Shown: positions 16,892 to 25,937 of the stretch, piece by piece
How the letters are laid out: each line of letters opens with the position of its first letter
Numbering within the stretch: position 1 is the stretch's first letter
Source: Verrucomicrobiota bacterium
GTDB taxonomy: Bacteria; Verrucomicrobiota; Verrucomicrobiia; Limisphaerales; JADLHS01
Assembly: GCA_031423875.1 (NCBI GenBank)
Contig: JANPGI010000105.1
Span: forward strand, 1 to 51,727
Length of the DNA stretch: 51,727 nt
Direction: 5' to 3'
Notes under the pieces: generated by a model
The model's database searches: none
The model's input: only the letters and a program-made list of their open reading frames with translations
Told to the model about the DNA's origin: nothing
Program-made: the position numbers and the translations under genes

Positions 16892-19800
16892 ATGTCACTC
16901 CTGAACCCCTGTCGTTCATCAAGCAGATTTCGATGTTCTGCCTTGCTGTCCTCCATGGTGCTGATCTCCATCTTTTATCAGACGACTCATGCGCAAGTCT
17001 TCACCAATTTGCAGCAACTGACGCAGGCGTTGACGACTCATCAATCAGTTATCGGAGATGTGGACATCGAAGTCACAGTCTGTGCCGCCAGCCGTCGCCA
17101 ATTGGGTGTGCTGATCGCGCAAGACGCAAGCGGCACCGAATTTTTACAGATTGGCGATGCGAACCCCGCTTTCCAGCCGGGAGAGCGAGTTCGGATTCAA
17201 CACAAAGGTTGTCTCTTGCGCCGGCGGGAGATGGGTGTGGAATTATCTGCCTTGCCACTCGTGGTGAATGACGGGCTGCACCCGTGGACCGAAAAGTCTG
17301 GAGAGATGTATTTGCAGGCGGGGAAAATTCCATTGCGAGTCGAGTGGTTCAATTATTGGCGCAACATCGGTCTGGGATTATTCGTCGCGATGGCCAACCA
17401 GCCGCGTAATACGATTTCTGCCGCCCAACTTTGGCACGCCGTGGTGACTGAGTCTGGCGACACGAACTTTCTGCCGGGTTTGCGGGCGGAATGTTTTGAG
17501 GGTTCGTGGGAGACGGTTCCGGATTTCAATCTGCTTCAGCCTGTGAAGTCGGGCGTGGTGACAAATTTAGACTTGGACTTTAGGTCACGCGACGAGCGAG
17601 TCGGCATTCGTTATTCCGGTTATATTGAGATTCCGAAGGATGGGAGATACCGGTTTGCGATCGGGTCGGATGATGGCTCATTGCTGTTTCTTGGGAATCC
17701 GAATGTGCCGGCAACAAGCCTTGGCCATGGCGAACCGCCCATCGCAAAACCGAGTGAGCTTTTGGGGACGCGCTTCAACAGCGTGGACGAGCGCCGTTGG
17801 ATCTCGCTAGAAGGCAGGGTCAGATTCGTGGCTCGAACCGGGGAAGGAGTCAGGTTTGATTTGGGAACAGATCGGCATGTGATCGCAGTCACGGTAGCTG
17901 ATGCGGCAGGCCTGGACATAAACACGCTACGGAACTCCCGCGTTAGAATTGCTGGAATTGGTCGTGGCGTTTGGGTGGCCAATCAATCGTTGATGCTTGG
18001 CAAACTTTTCGCAGCAAGTGCAAAGAACCTTGTGTTCGTCGAGCCATCACGTGGAACAGGTGAAAACAAATCTCCGCTTACTTCCGTTTCTCAAGTGCAG
18101 GATTTGCCGATTGAAGAAGCACGGAAAGCTCTGCCAGTGCGAATTCGCGGTACCGTGACTGGCGCCGTCAACACGAGCCAAGAGCGTTGGATGTCGTTCC
18201 AAGACGACACGCGCGGGATCTTCGTTCGGTTGACTGGCATTTCCAATGCAGCACCTGCATCTGGCGAATTGTGGGAATTAGAGGGTGTCAGCGGTGCCGG
18301 TGATTTTGCCCCGATAGTCGTCGCGAAACAGATGACCCCGTTGGGTGAAGGACTGCTGCCCTTTCCTGTGAGCCCGACATGGACTGAATTGCTCAACGGC
18401 AGCCGGGATGTTCAGTGGGCTGAATTGAACGGTCTGGTAACCGATGTGAGCAGCAATATCATCAGCCTCCATTTGCCTGAAGGCCGACTTGAGATCGAGG
18501 TGGAGGGATTCTTCGAGCCAGAACTTAAACCCTTTCTCAAATCCGTCGTGCGCATCCGAGGCGTCCTCTACGCAGTATGGGATGCGGCTACGAGAGAAGT
18601 TCGGGTGGGGCATGTCAAGATGCGGAATTCTAGCATCAGCGTGGATATTCCCGCCCCGACGGACGCATTCGATGCGGTCTTAAGAACACCTAGAGAACTC
18701 CTGTTATTCGACGCCCAAGCCTCGGCGTTTCGCCCGGTGAAAGTCCGGGGACAGATCATCTACGCGGATTCGACTAAGATCATCATACAGGCGGACGAAG
18801 CCGGGTTGCAGGCAATCCCCTTGAGAAAAACCGAATCAAGTCCCGGTGATCTGGTGGAAGTGGTGGGGTATCCAGACATCACGAAGATGGAAATCGTATT
18901 GCGCGAGGCCCAGATAAAACGGATCGGTCGGTCACCCTTGCCCCCGCCAAAAACACTGGCAGACGCTTCTCTGTCGCCCTTGAACTTGAATTCCACCCGC
19001 GTGCGCGTGGAGGGGAAATTACTGGGCTGGCACACCGAGGAGAGCGGGCCAGTGTTGGAAATGCAATCGGGCACGCGATTGTTTCTGGCGCGAATCGCAT
19101 CCATAAAAAACAGCGCACTTTCTTTCCCTCCCGGCAGCCGCCTAGCACTGGAGGGAGTTTATGTGGGGCGAAGACAAGGCCCAACCCCCGAGGCGGACAA
19201 TGAATCATTTGAAGTGTTATTGAATTCGCCAACCGATGTCACGGTGCTCTCCCGTCCCTCTTGGTGGACATTGCCCCGCCTCCTCGTCGTGCTGACGGTG
19301 TTGCTCGTCATCCTGATTTTCACAGTCGTCTGGAACACTCAACTCCACCGCATCGTAGCTCAACGCACAAACCAACTTCAGAATGAAATCCGGGAACGCG
19401 AACGGTTCGAGCGCCACGCCGCACTGGAAACGGAACGCTCCCGCATCGCCCGGGATTTGCATGACGACTTGGGTTCAAGCCTCACCGAAATCAGCGTGCT
19501 GGCCAGTTCGGGGCAACTTCCGCAGGCTAGCGTGATGAGCCATTCCAGTTTGTTTCAATCCATAAGCACCAGAGCCCGCAGCCTTATCGCAGCTCTGGAT
19601 GTCATCGTCTGGGCAGTGGACCCGGAAGATAATTCGCTGCAATCTCTGGCTGATTATCTGACTGGCTACACCAACGATTACTTCTCACACACTCAGATCG
19701 CCTGTAGGTTCAAAGTACCTGTGTCGTTCCTCCCCATCACTCTGGAAGGACGCGTCAGGCATGACCTCTTGATGGCGGTCAAAGAAGCGTTGAACAACAT

Positions 19801-20050
19801 CGTGCGCCATTCCCAAGCCACAGAATTGGAATTCCGACTAGACGTCGTGGACGGCAGATTAGAAATAGACATCGCCGACAACGGAAAGGGCATTGAAGCC
19901 GGGGCACAAAGCAGTGGTCATGGACTGAAAAACCTTTCCACGCGACTGAACAAATTGGGCGGGCAATGTACCGTCGAACCCCGCACAACGGGCGGGACTA
20001 TTGTTAAAATCAGATTACCGCTCGCCGCTTCCGCAGTGATAAGCTCGTAA
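16892..20050 (+). CDS. Sensor histidine kinase with a ~755-aa periplasmic region (PA14-like carbohydrate-binding module plus repeated ~95-aa beta-rich modules), one TM, HisKA_3 + HATPase_c
   Basis: PA14 signature: GLRAECFEGSWETVPDF...IRYSGYIEIPKDGRYRFAIGSDDGSLLFLGN. TM: WWTLPRLLVVLTVLLVILIFTVVW. Coiled coil, RIARDLHDDLGSSLTEI (HisKA_3), NIVRHSQA...DNGKG...GHGLKN (HATPase). The first ATG with a signal-like segment is at 16892; the ORF opens at TTG 16847. Confidence 0.85.
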   Translation: MSLLNPCRSSSRFRCSALLSSMVLISIFYQTTHAQVFTNLQQLTQALTTHQSVIGDVDIEVTVCAASRRQLGVLIAQDASGTEFLQIGDANPAFQPGERVRIQHKGCLLRRREMGVELSALPLVVNDGLHPWTEKSGEMYLQAGKIPLRVEWFNYWRNIGLGLFVAMANQPRNTISAAQLWHAVVTESGDTNFLPGLRAECFEGSWETVPDFNLLQPVKSGVVTNLDLDFRSRDERVGIRYSGYIEIPKDGRYRFAIGSDDGSLLFLGNPNVPATSLGHGEPPIAKPSELLGTRFNSVDERRWISLEGRVRFVARTGEGVRFDLGTDRHVIAVTVADAAGLDINTLRNSRVRIAGIGRGVWVANQSLMLGKLFAASAKNLVFVEPSRGTGENKSPLTSVSQVQDLPIEEARKALPVRIRGTVTGAVNTSQERWMSFQDDTRGIFVRLTGISNAAPASGELWELEGVSGAGDFAPIVVAKQMTPLGEGLLPFPVSPTWTELLNGSRDVQWAELNGLVTDVSSNIISLHLPEGRLEIEVEGFFEPELKPFLKSVVRIRGVLYAVWDAATREVRVGHVKMRNSSISVDIPAPTDAFDAVLRTPRELLLFDAQASAFRPVKVRGQIIYADSTKIIIQADEAGLQAIPLRKTESSPGDLVEVVGYPDITKMEIVLREAQIKRIGRSPLPPPKTLADASLSPLNLNSTRVRVEGKLLGWHTEESGPVLEMQSGTRLFLARIASIKNSALSFPPGSRLALEGVYVGRRQGPTPEADNESFEVLLNSPTDVTVLSRPSWWTLPRLLVVLTVLLVILIFTVVWNTQLHRIVAQRTNQLQNEIRERERFERHAALETERSRIARDLHDDLGSSLTEISVLASSGQLPQASVMSHSSLFQSISTRARSLIAALDVIVWAVDPEDNSLQSLADYLTGYTNDYFSHTQIACRFKVPVSFLPITLEGRVRHDLLMAVKEALNNIVRHSQATELEFRLDVVDGRLEIDIADNGKGIEAGAQSSGHGLKNLSTRLNKLGGQCTVEPRTTGGTIVKIRLPLAASAVISS

Positions 20051-20065
20051 CAGTAACCGGACGGG

Positions 20066-20083
20066 ATACGACGTTTGTCGGAT
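20066..20083. promoter_or_regulatory. Palindromic operator copy S0, ATACGACGTTTGTCGGAT (7-2-7 NarL-like site) upstream of the response-regulator gene
   Basis: 17/18 match to the consensus of the other copies. It lies in the 142-nt HK-RR intergenic region, 110 nt before ATG 20193. Confidence 0.6.
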
Positions 20084-20192
20084 TCCACAGTCTGAAGCGC
20101 CAGATAGAGTTTCATCGGTCGGGTGGCACAAAGCCATCAGACCAAGAGATGACATGGCAGCACATTTAGCACACAATACAGGAACAGATTTA

Positions 20193-20855
20193 ATGACAAA
20201 AGTTGCCATCGTCGAAGACAACGCCACGCTGCGCAAGTACCTCACTGAGTTGATCGGCAACACGCGAGGCTACCAATGTGTGTCTGCCTGCGGCTCCGCA
20301 GAAGAAGCGATCATAGAACTCCCCAAGCATCGCCCGAATGTGGTGCTCATGGACATCCACCTGCCCGGCGAATCGGGAATCGCCTGTACCGCTCGCTTGC
20401 GTGAAACGATGCCAGAACTTCAGGTCATCATGTTGACCGTCTATAAGGACATCAAAATGATCTTCCAAGCTCTAAAGGCGGGTGCGTGTGGATACGTTTT
20501 GAAACGAGCTGATGAATCCGAAATCATGGAAGCCATCGCCGAAGTGCGCACGGGCGGAGCACCGATGACCAGTGAAATCGCCCGCATGGTCGTGCGCTCA
20601 TTTTCGGATGTCTCGCAGGTCGCCATCGCGGATGGAACAGACCAACTGTCGAGCCGCGAGATGGAAATCCTTGCATTGGTCGCTGAAGGTTGCCCGAACA
20701 AGGAGATCGCGTCGCGACTCACCATCAGCACCGCCACCGTCAGAACTCACCTCATGCACATCTACGAGAAGTTGCATGTCCATTGCCGCACCGAAGCAGC
20801 CGCCAAATATCTTCGCACCAACCAATCCAATCCGACGAAATACGCTTCTGCGTGA
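20193..20855 (+). CDS. NarL/FixJ-family response regulator (REC + LuxR/GerE-type HTH)
   Basis: MTKVAIVEDN..., phospho-acceptor context VVLMDIHLPG, K in GYVLK, HTH LSSREMEILALVAEGCPNKEIASRLTISTATVRTHLMHIYEKL. The ORF opens at 20154; the REC domain starts right at M20193. Confidence 0.9.
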   Translation: MTKVAIVEDNATLRKYLTELIGNTRGYQCVSACGSAEEAIIELPKHRPNVVLMDIHLPGESGIACTARLRETMPELQVIMLTVYKDIKMIFQALKAGACGYVLKRADESEIMEAIAEVRTGGAPMTSEIARMVVRSFSDVSQVAIADGTDQLSSREMEILALVAEGCPNKEIASRLTISTATVRTHLMHIYEKLHVHCRTEAAAKYLRTNQSNPTKYASA

Positions 20856-20877
20856 TCGGGTTGAAGGTTTGTCAGAC

Positions 20878-22386
20878 TCAGGCCGCGCCAGCTTTGGCAC
20901 GGCGAGCAGCAAGTTCGTCAGCCATTTCAATCGTCGCCTGCTTGTTGAGTTTGTAAGCAAGGAGCAAGACCGTGCAGATGGCGAACATGACTCCCACTGC
21001 GATGCCCGATGTGGCGCGATACCCGGCCACCGCGTCCGCTGCTGCTGGCAGTTTGGTGTCGTATTTGAAGAACCACGTCATGATCCACAGGAACGAAGCC
21101 GAGCCGAGTGCAAGCCCCGACTTCAACGCAAAACCAATCGTCGCGAAAACCATTCCGGTGAAGCGTCGCCCCGTCTTCAATTCAGAGTAATCCGCCACGT
21201 CAGCGAAGATCGCCCACACCAGCGGGATCGTCGGCGCATAAACAATCGAGCCGATGATCGTGAGCGCGATCATGCCAGCGGTGTTGGTCGGGCTGAGAAA
21301 ATAGAACGCGAAGGCGTTGAGTGTCGAGAGCGCGAAACCGACCACAGCCACGGCTTTCTTCCCATACTTCGACGCGAGCGACGCCGAGAGCATGATCACG
21401 ACAATGGTCACAGCCGTGCCGAGCATGTTGATGATGCTGTTGAACACGTCGGCGACATTGGATGCGGCAAGATTGTCGCGCGTGCCATGGACGATGTATC
21501 CCAGCCATTCGAGCAACCCGCCGGGCTTGGCCGCACCTTCAGCGAGAGCGGGCGCAGTGAGGCCGAGTTTTTCAACGACATCAAACATCGCGGCCTTGTC
21601 AACGTAGTGATGATAGTAGTTGTAAAGTGCGCCGCCTCGGAACGAGAGGATCGCGAAGTGGACGAGTGTCATCACCGCCATGACGCGCCACGGGACGTTC
21701 TTAAGCAGGTCGGCGAAGTCTTGTTTCGGAGATGATTTGGTTTCTGAGACAGGCTGGATGCGTTCGCGAGTGGTGGCAAACGTGATGAGGAACAGGATCA
21801 AACACAACACCGCCCAAATGGTCATGGTCATCTGCCAGCCGTATTGGCGGTCATGACCTGATGCGAACTTCGCCACGAGCGGCAAGGTGAATCCACCTAC
21901 GATGAACTGCGCGATGTTCACAGCGATGAATCGGAACGAGTTCAATCTTGCGCGCTCGTTCAAGTCCGCCGTGATGACACCACCGAGCGCGGAATACGGC
22001 ATGTTGTTCATCGAATACAGCGTCATCAACATCGTGTTGGTGATCGCGGCATAGGCGATAAGTGAAGCGTAGCTCCAACCCTTCGGAGTGGTGTAAGCCA
22101 GAACCATCACGATGGCCCACGGCACGGCGGTCCAGAGAATCCACGGACGGAATCGTCCCCAACGCGTCTTAGTACGGTCGGCAAGCACGCCCATGATGGG
22201 ATCGAAGATGGCATCCCACAGACGCGGCCAGAGCAGAATCGCGGCAGCGGCACTGGCACTGAGGCCAAAGGTGTCCGTGTAGAAGTTGAGCTGGAACAGA
22301 ATCATCGTCATGAAGACGAAGTTCGCGGCAGCATCGGCGCAACTGTAGCCAGCCTTCTCGAAGAAGGAGAGTTTTTGGGTAGTCAT
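20878..22386 (-). CDS. Glycoside-pentoside-hexuronide (GPH):cation symporter, MFS superfamily (xyloside/oligosaccharide transporter-like)
   Basis: LSFFEKAGYSCADAAANFVF...YTDTFGLSA...WDAIFDPIMGVLADRTKTRWGRFRPWILW, the typical MelB/XylP/YicJ N-terminal signature, with about 12 TM segments. Start at MTTQKLSFFEK (cat 22384..22386). Confidence 0.88.
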   Translation of the reverse strand: MTTQKLSFFEKAGYSCADAAANFVFMTMILFQLNFYTDTFGLSASAAAAILLWPRLWDAIFDPIMGVLADRTKTRWGRFRPWILWTAVPWAIVMVLAYTTPKGWSYASLIAYAAITNTMLMTLYSMNNMPYSALGGVITADLNERARLNSFRFIAVNIAQFIVGGFTLPLVAKFASGHDRQYGWQMTMTIWAVLCLILFLITFATTRERIQPVSETKSSPKQDFADLLKNVPWRVMAVMTLVHFAILSFRGGALYNYYHHYVDKAAMFDVVEKLGLTAPALAEGAAKPGGLLEWLGYIVHGTRDNLAASNVADVFNSIINMLGTAVTIVVIMLSASLASKYGKKAVAVVGFALSTLNAFAFYFLSPTNTAGMIALTIIGSIVYAPTIPLVWAIFADVADYSELKTGRRFTGMVFATIGFALKSGLALGSASFLWIMTWFFKYDTKLPAAADAVAGYRATSGIAVGVMFAICTVLLLAYKLNKQATIEMADELAARRAKAGAA

Positions 22387-22444
22387 CTTATTTTTTAACC
22401 ACGGATTGAAACAGTATGATGCTGGCACACTCGGAGTCTCAACA

Positions 22445-22462
22445 ATCCGTCAAATGTCGTAT
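22445..22462. promoter_or_regulatory. Degenerate operator copy S1w, ATCCGTCAAATGTCGTAT
   Basis: Right half perfect (TGTCGTAT), left half 6/9. It lies 59 nt upstream of the GPH transporter ATG, 63 bp centre-to-centre from S1. Confidence 0.4.
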
Positions 22463-22507
22463 TGATTGAATCTTTCTGGATTCGTCACCCAAACGGAAAA
22501 CAGCAGC

Positions 22508-22525
22508 ATACGACATATGTCGTAT
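22508..22525. promoter_or_regulatory. Perfect palindromic operator S1, ATACGACATATGTCGTAT
   Basis: Perfect 18-bp palindrome in the divergent region between the GPH transporter (ATG 22386) and the malectin lipoprotein (ATG 22580). Confidence 0.65.
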
Positions 22526-22579
22526 AGCTCTTCACCCTGAAAACCTGAGATACATTCCTAACAAACCTAATTTTAAAAA

Positions 22580-23209
22580 ATGAAAAACAGACTTTTGATT
22601 CTCCCGATCGCAGCCGGTCTTCTGGCACTTGCCAGCGGATGCAAGACGTGTTGCACCGACGCACCCAAACAGGCGACTGCTGGCGCGACGCCGACTGTGA
22701 CTGTGGCAAAACCCGCCGCGCCAAAACCTCAATTGCCGACCCTACGGATCAAGGCCGGGGCTGGCACGGTCAAGGATTCCTCCGGCTTGGAGTGGCTCGC
22801 AGAGTGTGGTTTCACCGGCGGCGACATCGTCGAACGACCTGACCTACCAATCACCAACACCAAGCAACCTGAAATCTACCGCTCTGAACATTACGCAATG
22901 GAGTCATTCACCCAGAAACTTCCCAACGGAAAGTATCAGGTGAAACTTCACTTCTGCGAAACTTTTGAAGGCATCAGCGGACCGGGCGAACGCGTGTTCT
23001 CCTTCGACGTTGAGGGCAAGACTTTCAAGGATTTCGACGTTTGGGCGAAATCAGGCGGTGCGGCCCGCGCCTACGTAGAGACCGTCGCAGTGGACATCAC
23101 GGACGGACAACTCGACATCAAGTTCACCTCTCAAGTGGAGAATCCCCAGATCAATGGCATCGAGATTCTTCCCCACGAAGCAACCACCGCGTCGAACCAG
23201 TATCGTTGA
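22580..23209 (+). CDS. Malectin-domain (carbohydrate-binding) lipoprotein
   Basis: Lipobox LALASGC. Malectin-like core: LRIKAGAG...EIYRSEHY...YQVKLHFCETF...GERVFSFDVEG...DFDVWAKSGG...NPQINGIEIL. Confidence 0.75.
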   Translation: MKNRLLILPIAAGLLALASGCKTCCTDAPKQATAGATPTVTVAKPAAPKPQLPTLRIKAGAGTVKDSSGLEWLAECGFTGGDIVERPDLPITNTKQPEIYRSEHYAMESFTQKLPNGKYQVKLHFCETFEGISGPGERVFSFDVEGKTFKDFDVWAKSGGAARAYVETVAVDITDGQLDIKFTSQVENPQINGIEILPHEATTASNQYR

Positions 23210-23219
23210 TCGGGTTAGT

Positions 23220-25937
23220 CTATTTCGCTGACATCACAACGGCCTTGACTGTTGCCGAGCCTGCAACCAGCCCATCAGATTCCGCGATGACTTTGATCGC
23301 TCCCGATTGATTTGGTAGCCCCGCCACAATGACCAGACAATGCCCGCCGAACGCCTTGCGCTCGTGCGATGCGAATGGTTCAAAACTCGTCGCATCTCCG
23401 TTGTCAGTGGCGATGATCTTACCCGCGCCCTCAACTTTGAACCGGATGCGATTTGTCGCACGAGGCGCTTCAATGCCTTCGCTGTCCGTCACAGTCACAG
23501 TCACAAAACACAGATCCTTTCCGTCAGCGGAAATCTCTTTGCGGTCAGCATCCGCTTTTAATCTGGAAGGTTCACCTGCTGTCCTCACTTCGTCCGTGGC
23601 CCACTTCTTTCCGCTCTTGTAGGCGACGACTTTGAGTTTGCCCGGTTGGTAGGTCACATCATCCCAACGGAGACGATATTCATTCGCGCCTTTTTTCTTT
23701 CGCCCGAGAGATTGATCGTTGAGAAATAATTCCGCTTCATCGCCGGAAGTGAAGACATGGACGGGCGTAATTTGGTTCGTGCGTTCCGGCCATGTCCAGT
23801 GTGGGAGAAGGTGCGCCATGGGCAGCTCCGGCCGCCAGCGGGATTGATAGAGGAAGAACCTGTCCTTCTTGAACCCAGCCAGATCAATGATCCCGAAGTA
23901 GGAACTGCGCGCGGCATAATACGGCGTTGGCTCGCCCAGATAATCGAACCCGCTCCAGACAAATTCGCCTGCCACAAACGGATATTGGTCTTGCGCGGCG
24001 AACACTTTGTCCGCCGACGATCCAAAGTCCGCCGTGTGCAGCTCGTAACTGCTGACCTGGCGGATTTTGGAATCGCCGCCATTGCCATCACGCGTTGGAT
24101 TGCTAACTCCACTGGCCACCGGAAAAAGATAAACCCCTCGGCTGCTCAAAGCCGCTGCGCTTTCGCTGCTGACAATCATCCTGTCGGGGAACTTCTCGTG
24201 AAATGCGCCGTACAGCGGCGGCGTCTTGATGCCGTTGAAGCTCGCGAACTCAGGCGTGTTGCGGATGCCTTCTCCCTGATAGTTCAAACTGATCACATCC
24301 ACCGCCGCAGCGAACGCCGAGTCCGGTTTGGCAAAATTCATCGAAGCGGTCGCGCGACGCGTCGGGTCTTCGTCGTGTGCCAATGCGATGAGTTGCTGAG
24401 CCACTTTCGCGCCTTCTTCACCGGTGTATTGTTCGCCGACTTCATTGCCCACGCTCCACATGATCACCGAAGGATGATTGCGGTCGCGGCGAATCCAGGC
24501 GCGCAAATCCTGTTCGTGCCAGTCGGCGAAGATCAGGTGAAAATCAAACGGCGTCTTGCGACGCACCCACGAATCAAACAATTCGTCCACTACCAGAAAG
24601 CCCATGCGGTCGGTCAACTCCAGCAGCTCTGTCGCGGGCGGATTGTGAGCCATGCGGATCGCGTTGCAGCCCATCTCGCGCAGGATTTCAAGCTGCCGCT
24701 CGGCGGCGCGCACATTGAACGCCGCGCCCAGAGCCCCAAGGTCGTGATGTTGATTCACACCCTGCAACCGGACGCGCTCACCATTGAGATAAAATCCATC
24801 CGGTTTGCATTCGACGGAGCGGATACCAAAGCGCGTCTCGTAACGATCCACAACTTTGCCATCCTGCGAAAGAGTGGTGACTGCGACGTAGCGATTCGGC
24901 TGCTGCGTGGGCGGCGCACCCCATAGACGAGGATTCGTGATGCTGACAGAGCTTTCCGTCATCGCAATTTCCCCGGCGATGATTTGCAACTCTTGCGGTT
25001 CAAATCTCGCAACGGCTGAACCTATCGCCGCGCCGTTCACGTCCGCGAGGAACAATTCGCTCGCAACACGAACCTTCGCCGATTGCTTGGAATCGTTATC
25101 CACCGTCACCCGCAAATTCACCTTGGCGCGTTCTCGCGAAACTTCCGGGGTGGTGACAAACGTCCCCCACTGACCGACGTGAGTCGGGGCGGTTTTCGTG
25201 AGCCAGACGTTGCGATAAATTCCCGCGCCCGGATACCAGCGCGAAAAGTCCGACGGATTATCGAGCCGGATCGCGATCTGGTTTTCACCGCCCAGAACGA
25301 CGTAAGGTGTGATGTCGAGTCGCCACGAGTTGTAACCAAACGGCCAACCGCCCGCGAGTTTGCCGTTCACCCAAACTGCGGCATACGACATCGCGCCGTC
25401 CACATCGAGAAAGATGGATTTGCCCGCATCGCTCGCGGGAATCTCGATCAGCTTCCGATACCAAGCGATGCCAGGACTCGGCAACCGCCCCATCGAGCCG
25501 CCCACGCCACCGGAGTTGAACGGCCCTTCGATGGCCCAATCATGCGGCAGATTTATTTTGCGCCAACTACTGTCATCAAAACTGTTTTGCACATACGCAA
25601 CGTCCCCGCCGGGATTTCCTTCAGGACGAACGAACCACTTGGCCGGGTCTTTGATGAACTGGTTGCCCGAAGGTAGAATCCACGGCTTGAGTACGCGATT
25701 GGTTGCCGTCGCCACTTTCTCAGCATCAGCGGTGGCTTCAGCCAGACGTTCTTTCTGATCCTCGCCGCGCGCGGTAGGGCGGATATCGTAAAGCAGGTCG
25801 CGCGAGTTGACATTCGTCGGATCGCCCTTGGTGAAACGCCACCCGTCATTGATGGAGATGCGCTCGCGGGTCGCGGGTTGTGCGGTAGCAATTCCTGTCA
25901 ACAGCACGGCCAAAGCGAATGTAAAAATGGCTCTCAT
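23220..25937 (-). CDS. Glycoside hydrolase family 2 (beta-galactosidase/beta-glucuronidase-type)
   Basis: Signal peptide. INDGWRF, WRKINLPHDWAIEGPF, NAIRMAHNPPATELLELTDRMGFLVVDE, NHPSVIMWSVGNE. The ATG overlaps the upstream CE15 stop (ATGA at 25934..25937). Confidence 0.88.
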   Translation of the reverse strand: MRAIFTFALAVLLTGIATAQPATRERISINDGWRFTKGDPTNVNSRDLLYDIRPTARGEDQKERLAEATADAEKVATATNRVLKPWILPSGNQFIKDPAKWFVRPEGNPGGDVAYVQNSFDDSSWRKINLPHDWAIEGPFNSGGVGGSMGRLPSPGIAWYRKLIEIPASDAGKSIFLDVDGAMSYAAVWVNGKLAGGWPFGYNSWRLDITPYVVLGGENQIAIRLDNPSDFSRWYPGAGIYRNVWLTKTAPTHVGQWGTFVTTPEVSRERAKVNLRVTVDNDSKQSAKVRVASELFLADVNGAAIGSAVARFEPQELQIIAGEIAMTESSVSITNPRLWGAPPTQQPNRYVAVTTLSQDGKVVDRYETRFGIRSVECKPDGFYLNGERVRLQGVNQHHDLGALGAAFNVRAAERQLEILREMGCNAIRMAHNPPATELLELTDRMGFLVVDELFDSWVRRKTPFDFHLIFADWHEQDLRAWIRRDRNHPSVIMWSVGNEVGEQYTGEEGAKVAQQLIALAHDEDPTRRATASMNFAKPDSAFAAAVDVISLNYQGEGIRNTPEFASFNGIKTPPLYGAFHEKFPDRMIVSSESAAALSSRGVYLFPVASGVSNPTRDGNGGDSKIRQVSSYELHTADFGSSADKVFAAQDQYPFVAGEFVWSGFDYLGEPTPYYAARSSYFGIIDLAGFKKDRFFLYQSRWRPELPMAHLLPHWTWPERTNQITPVHVFTSGDEAELFLNDQSLGRKKKGANEYRLRWDDVTYQPGKLKVVAYKSGKKWATDEVRTAGEPSRLKADADRKEISADGKDLCFVTVTVTDSEGIEAPRATNRIRFKVEGAGKIIATDNGDATSFEPFASHERKAFGGHCLVIVAGLPNQSGAIKVIAESDGLVAGSATVKAVVMSAK

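Noticed and set aside
16725-16922. 65-aa minus-strand ORF in the gap upstream of the PA14 kinase
   Set aside because: Its composition is Arg/Pro/His-rich with no motif. It overlaps the likely kinase start and the hairpin at 16746..16780. It is treated as non-coding.
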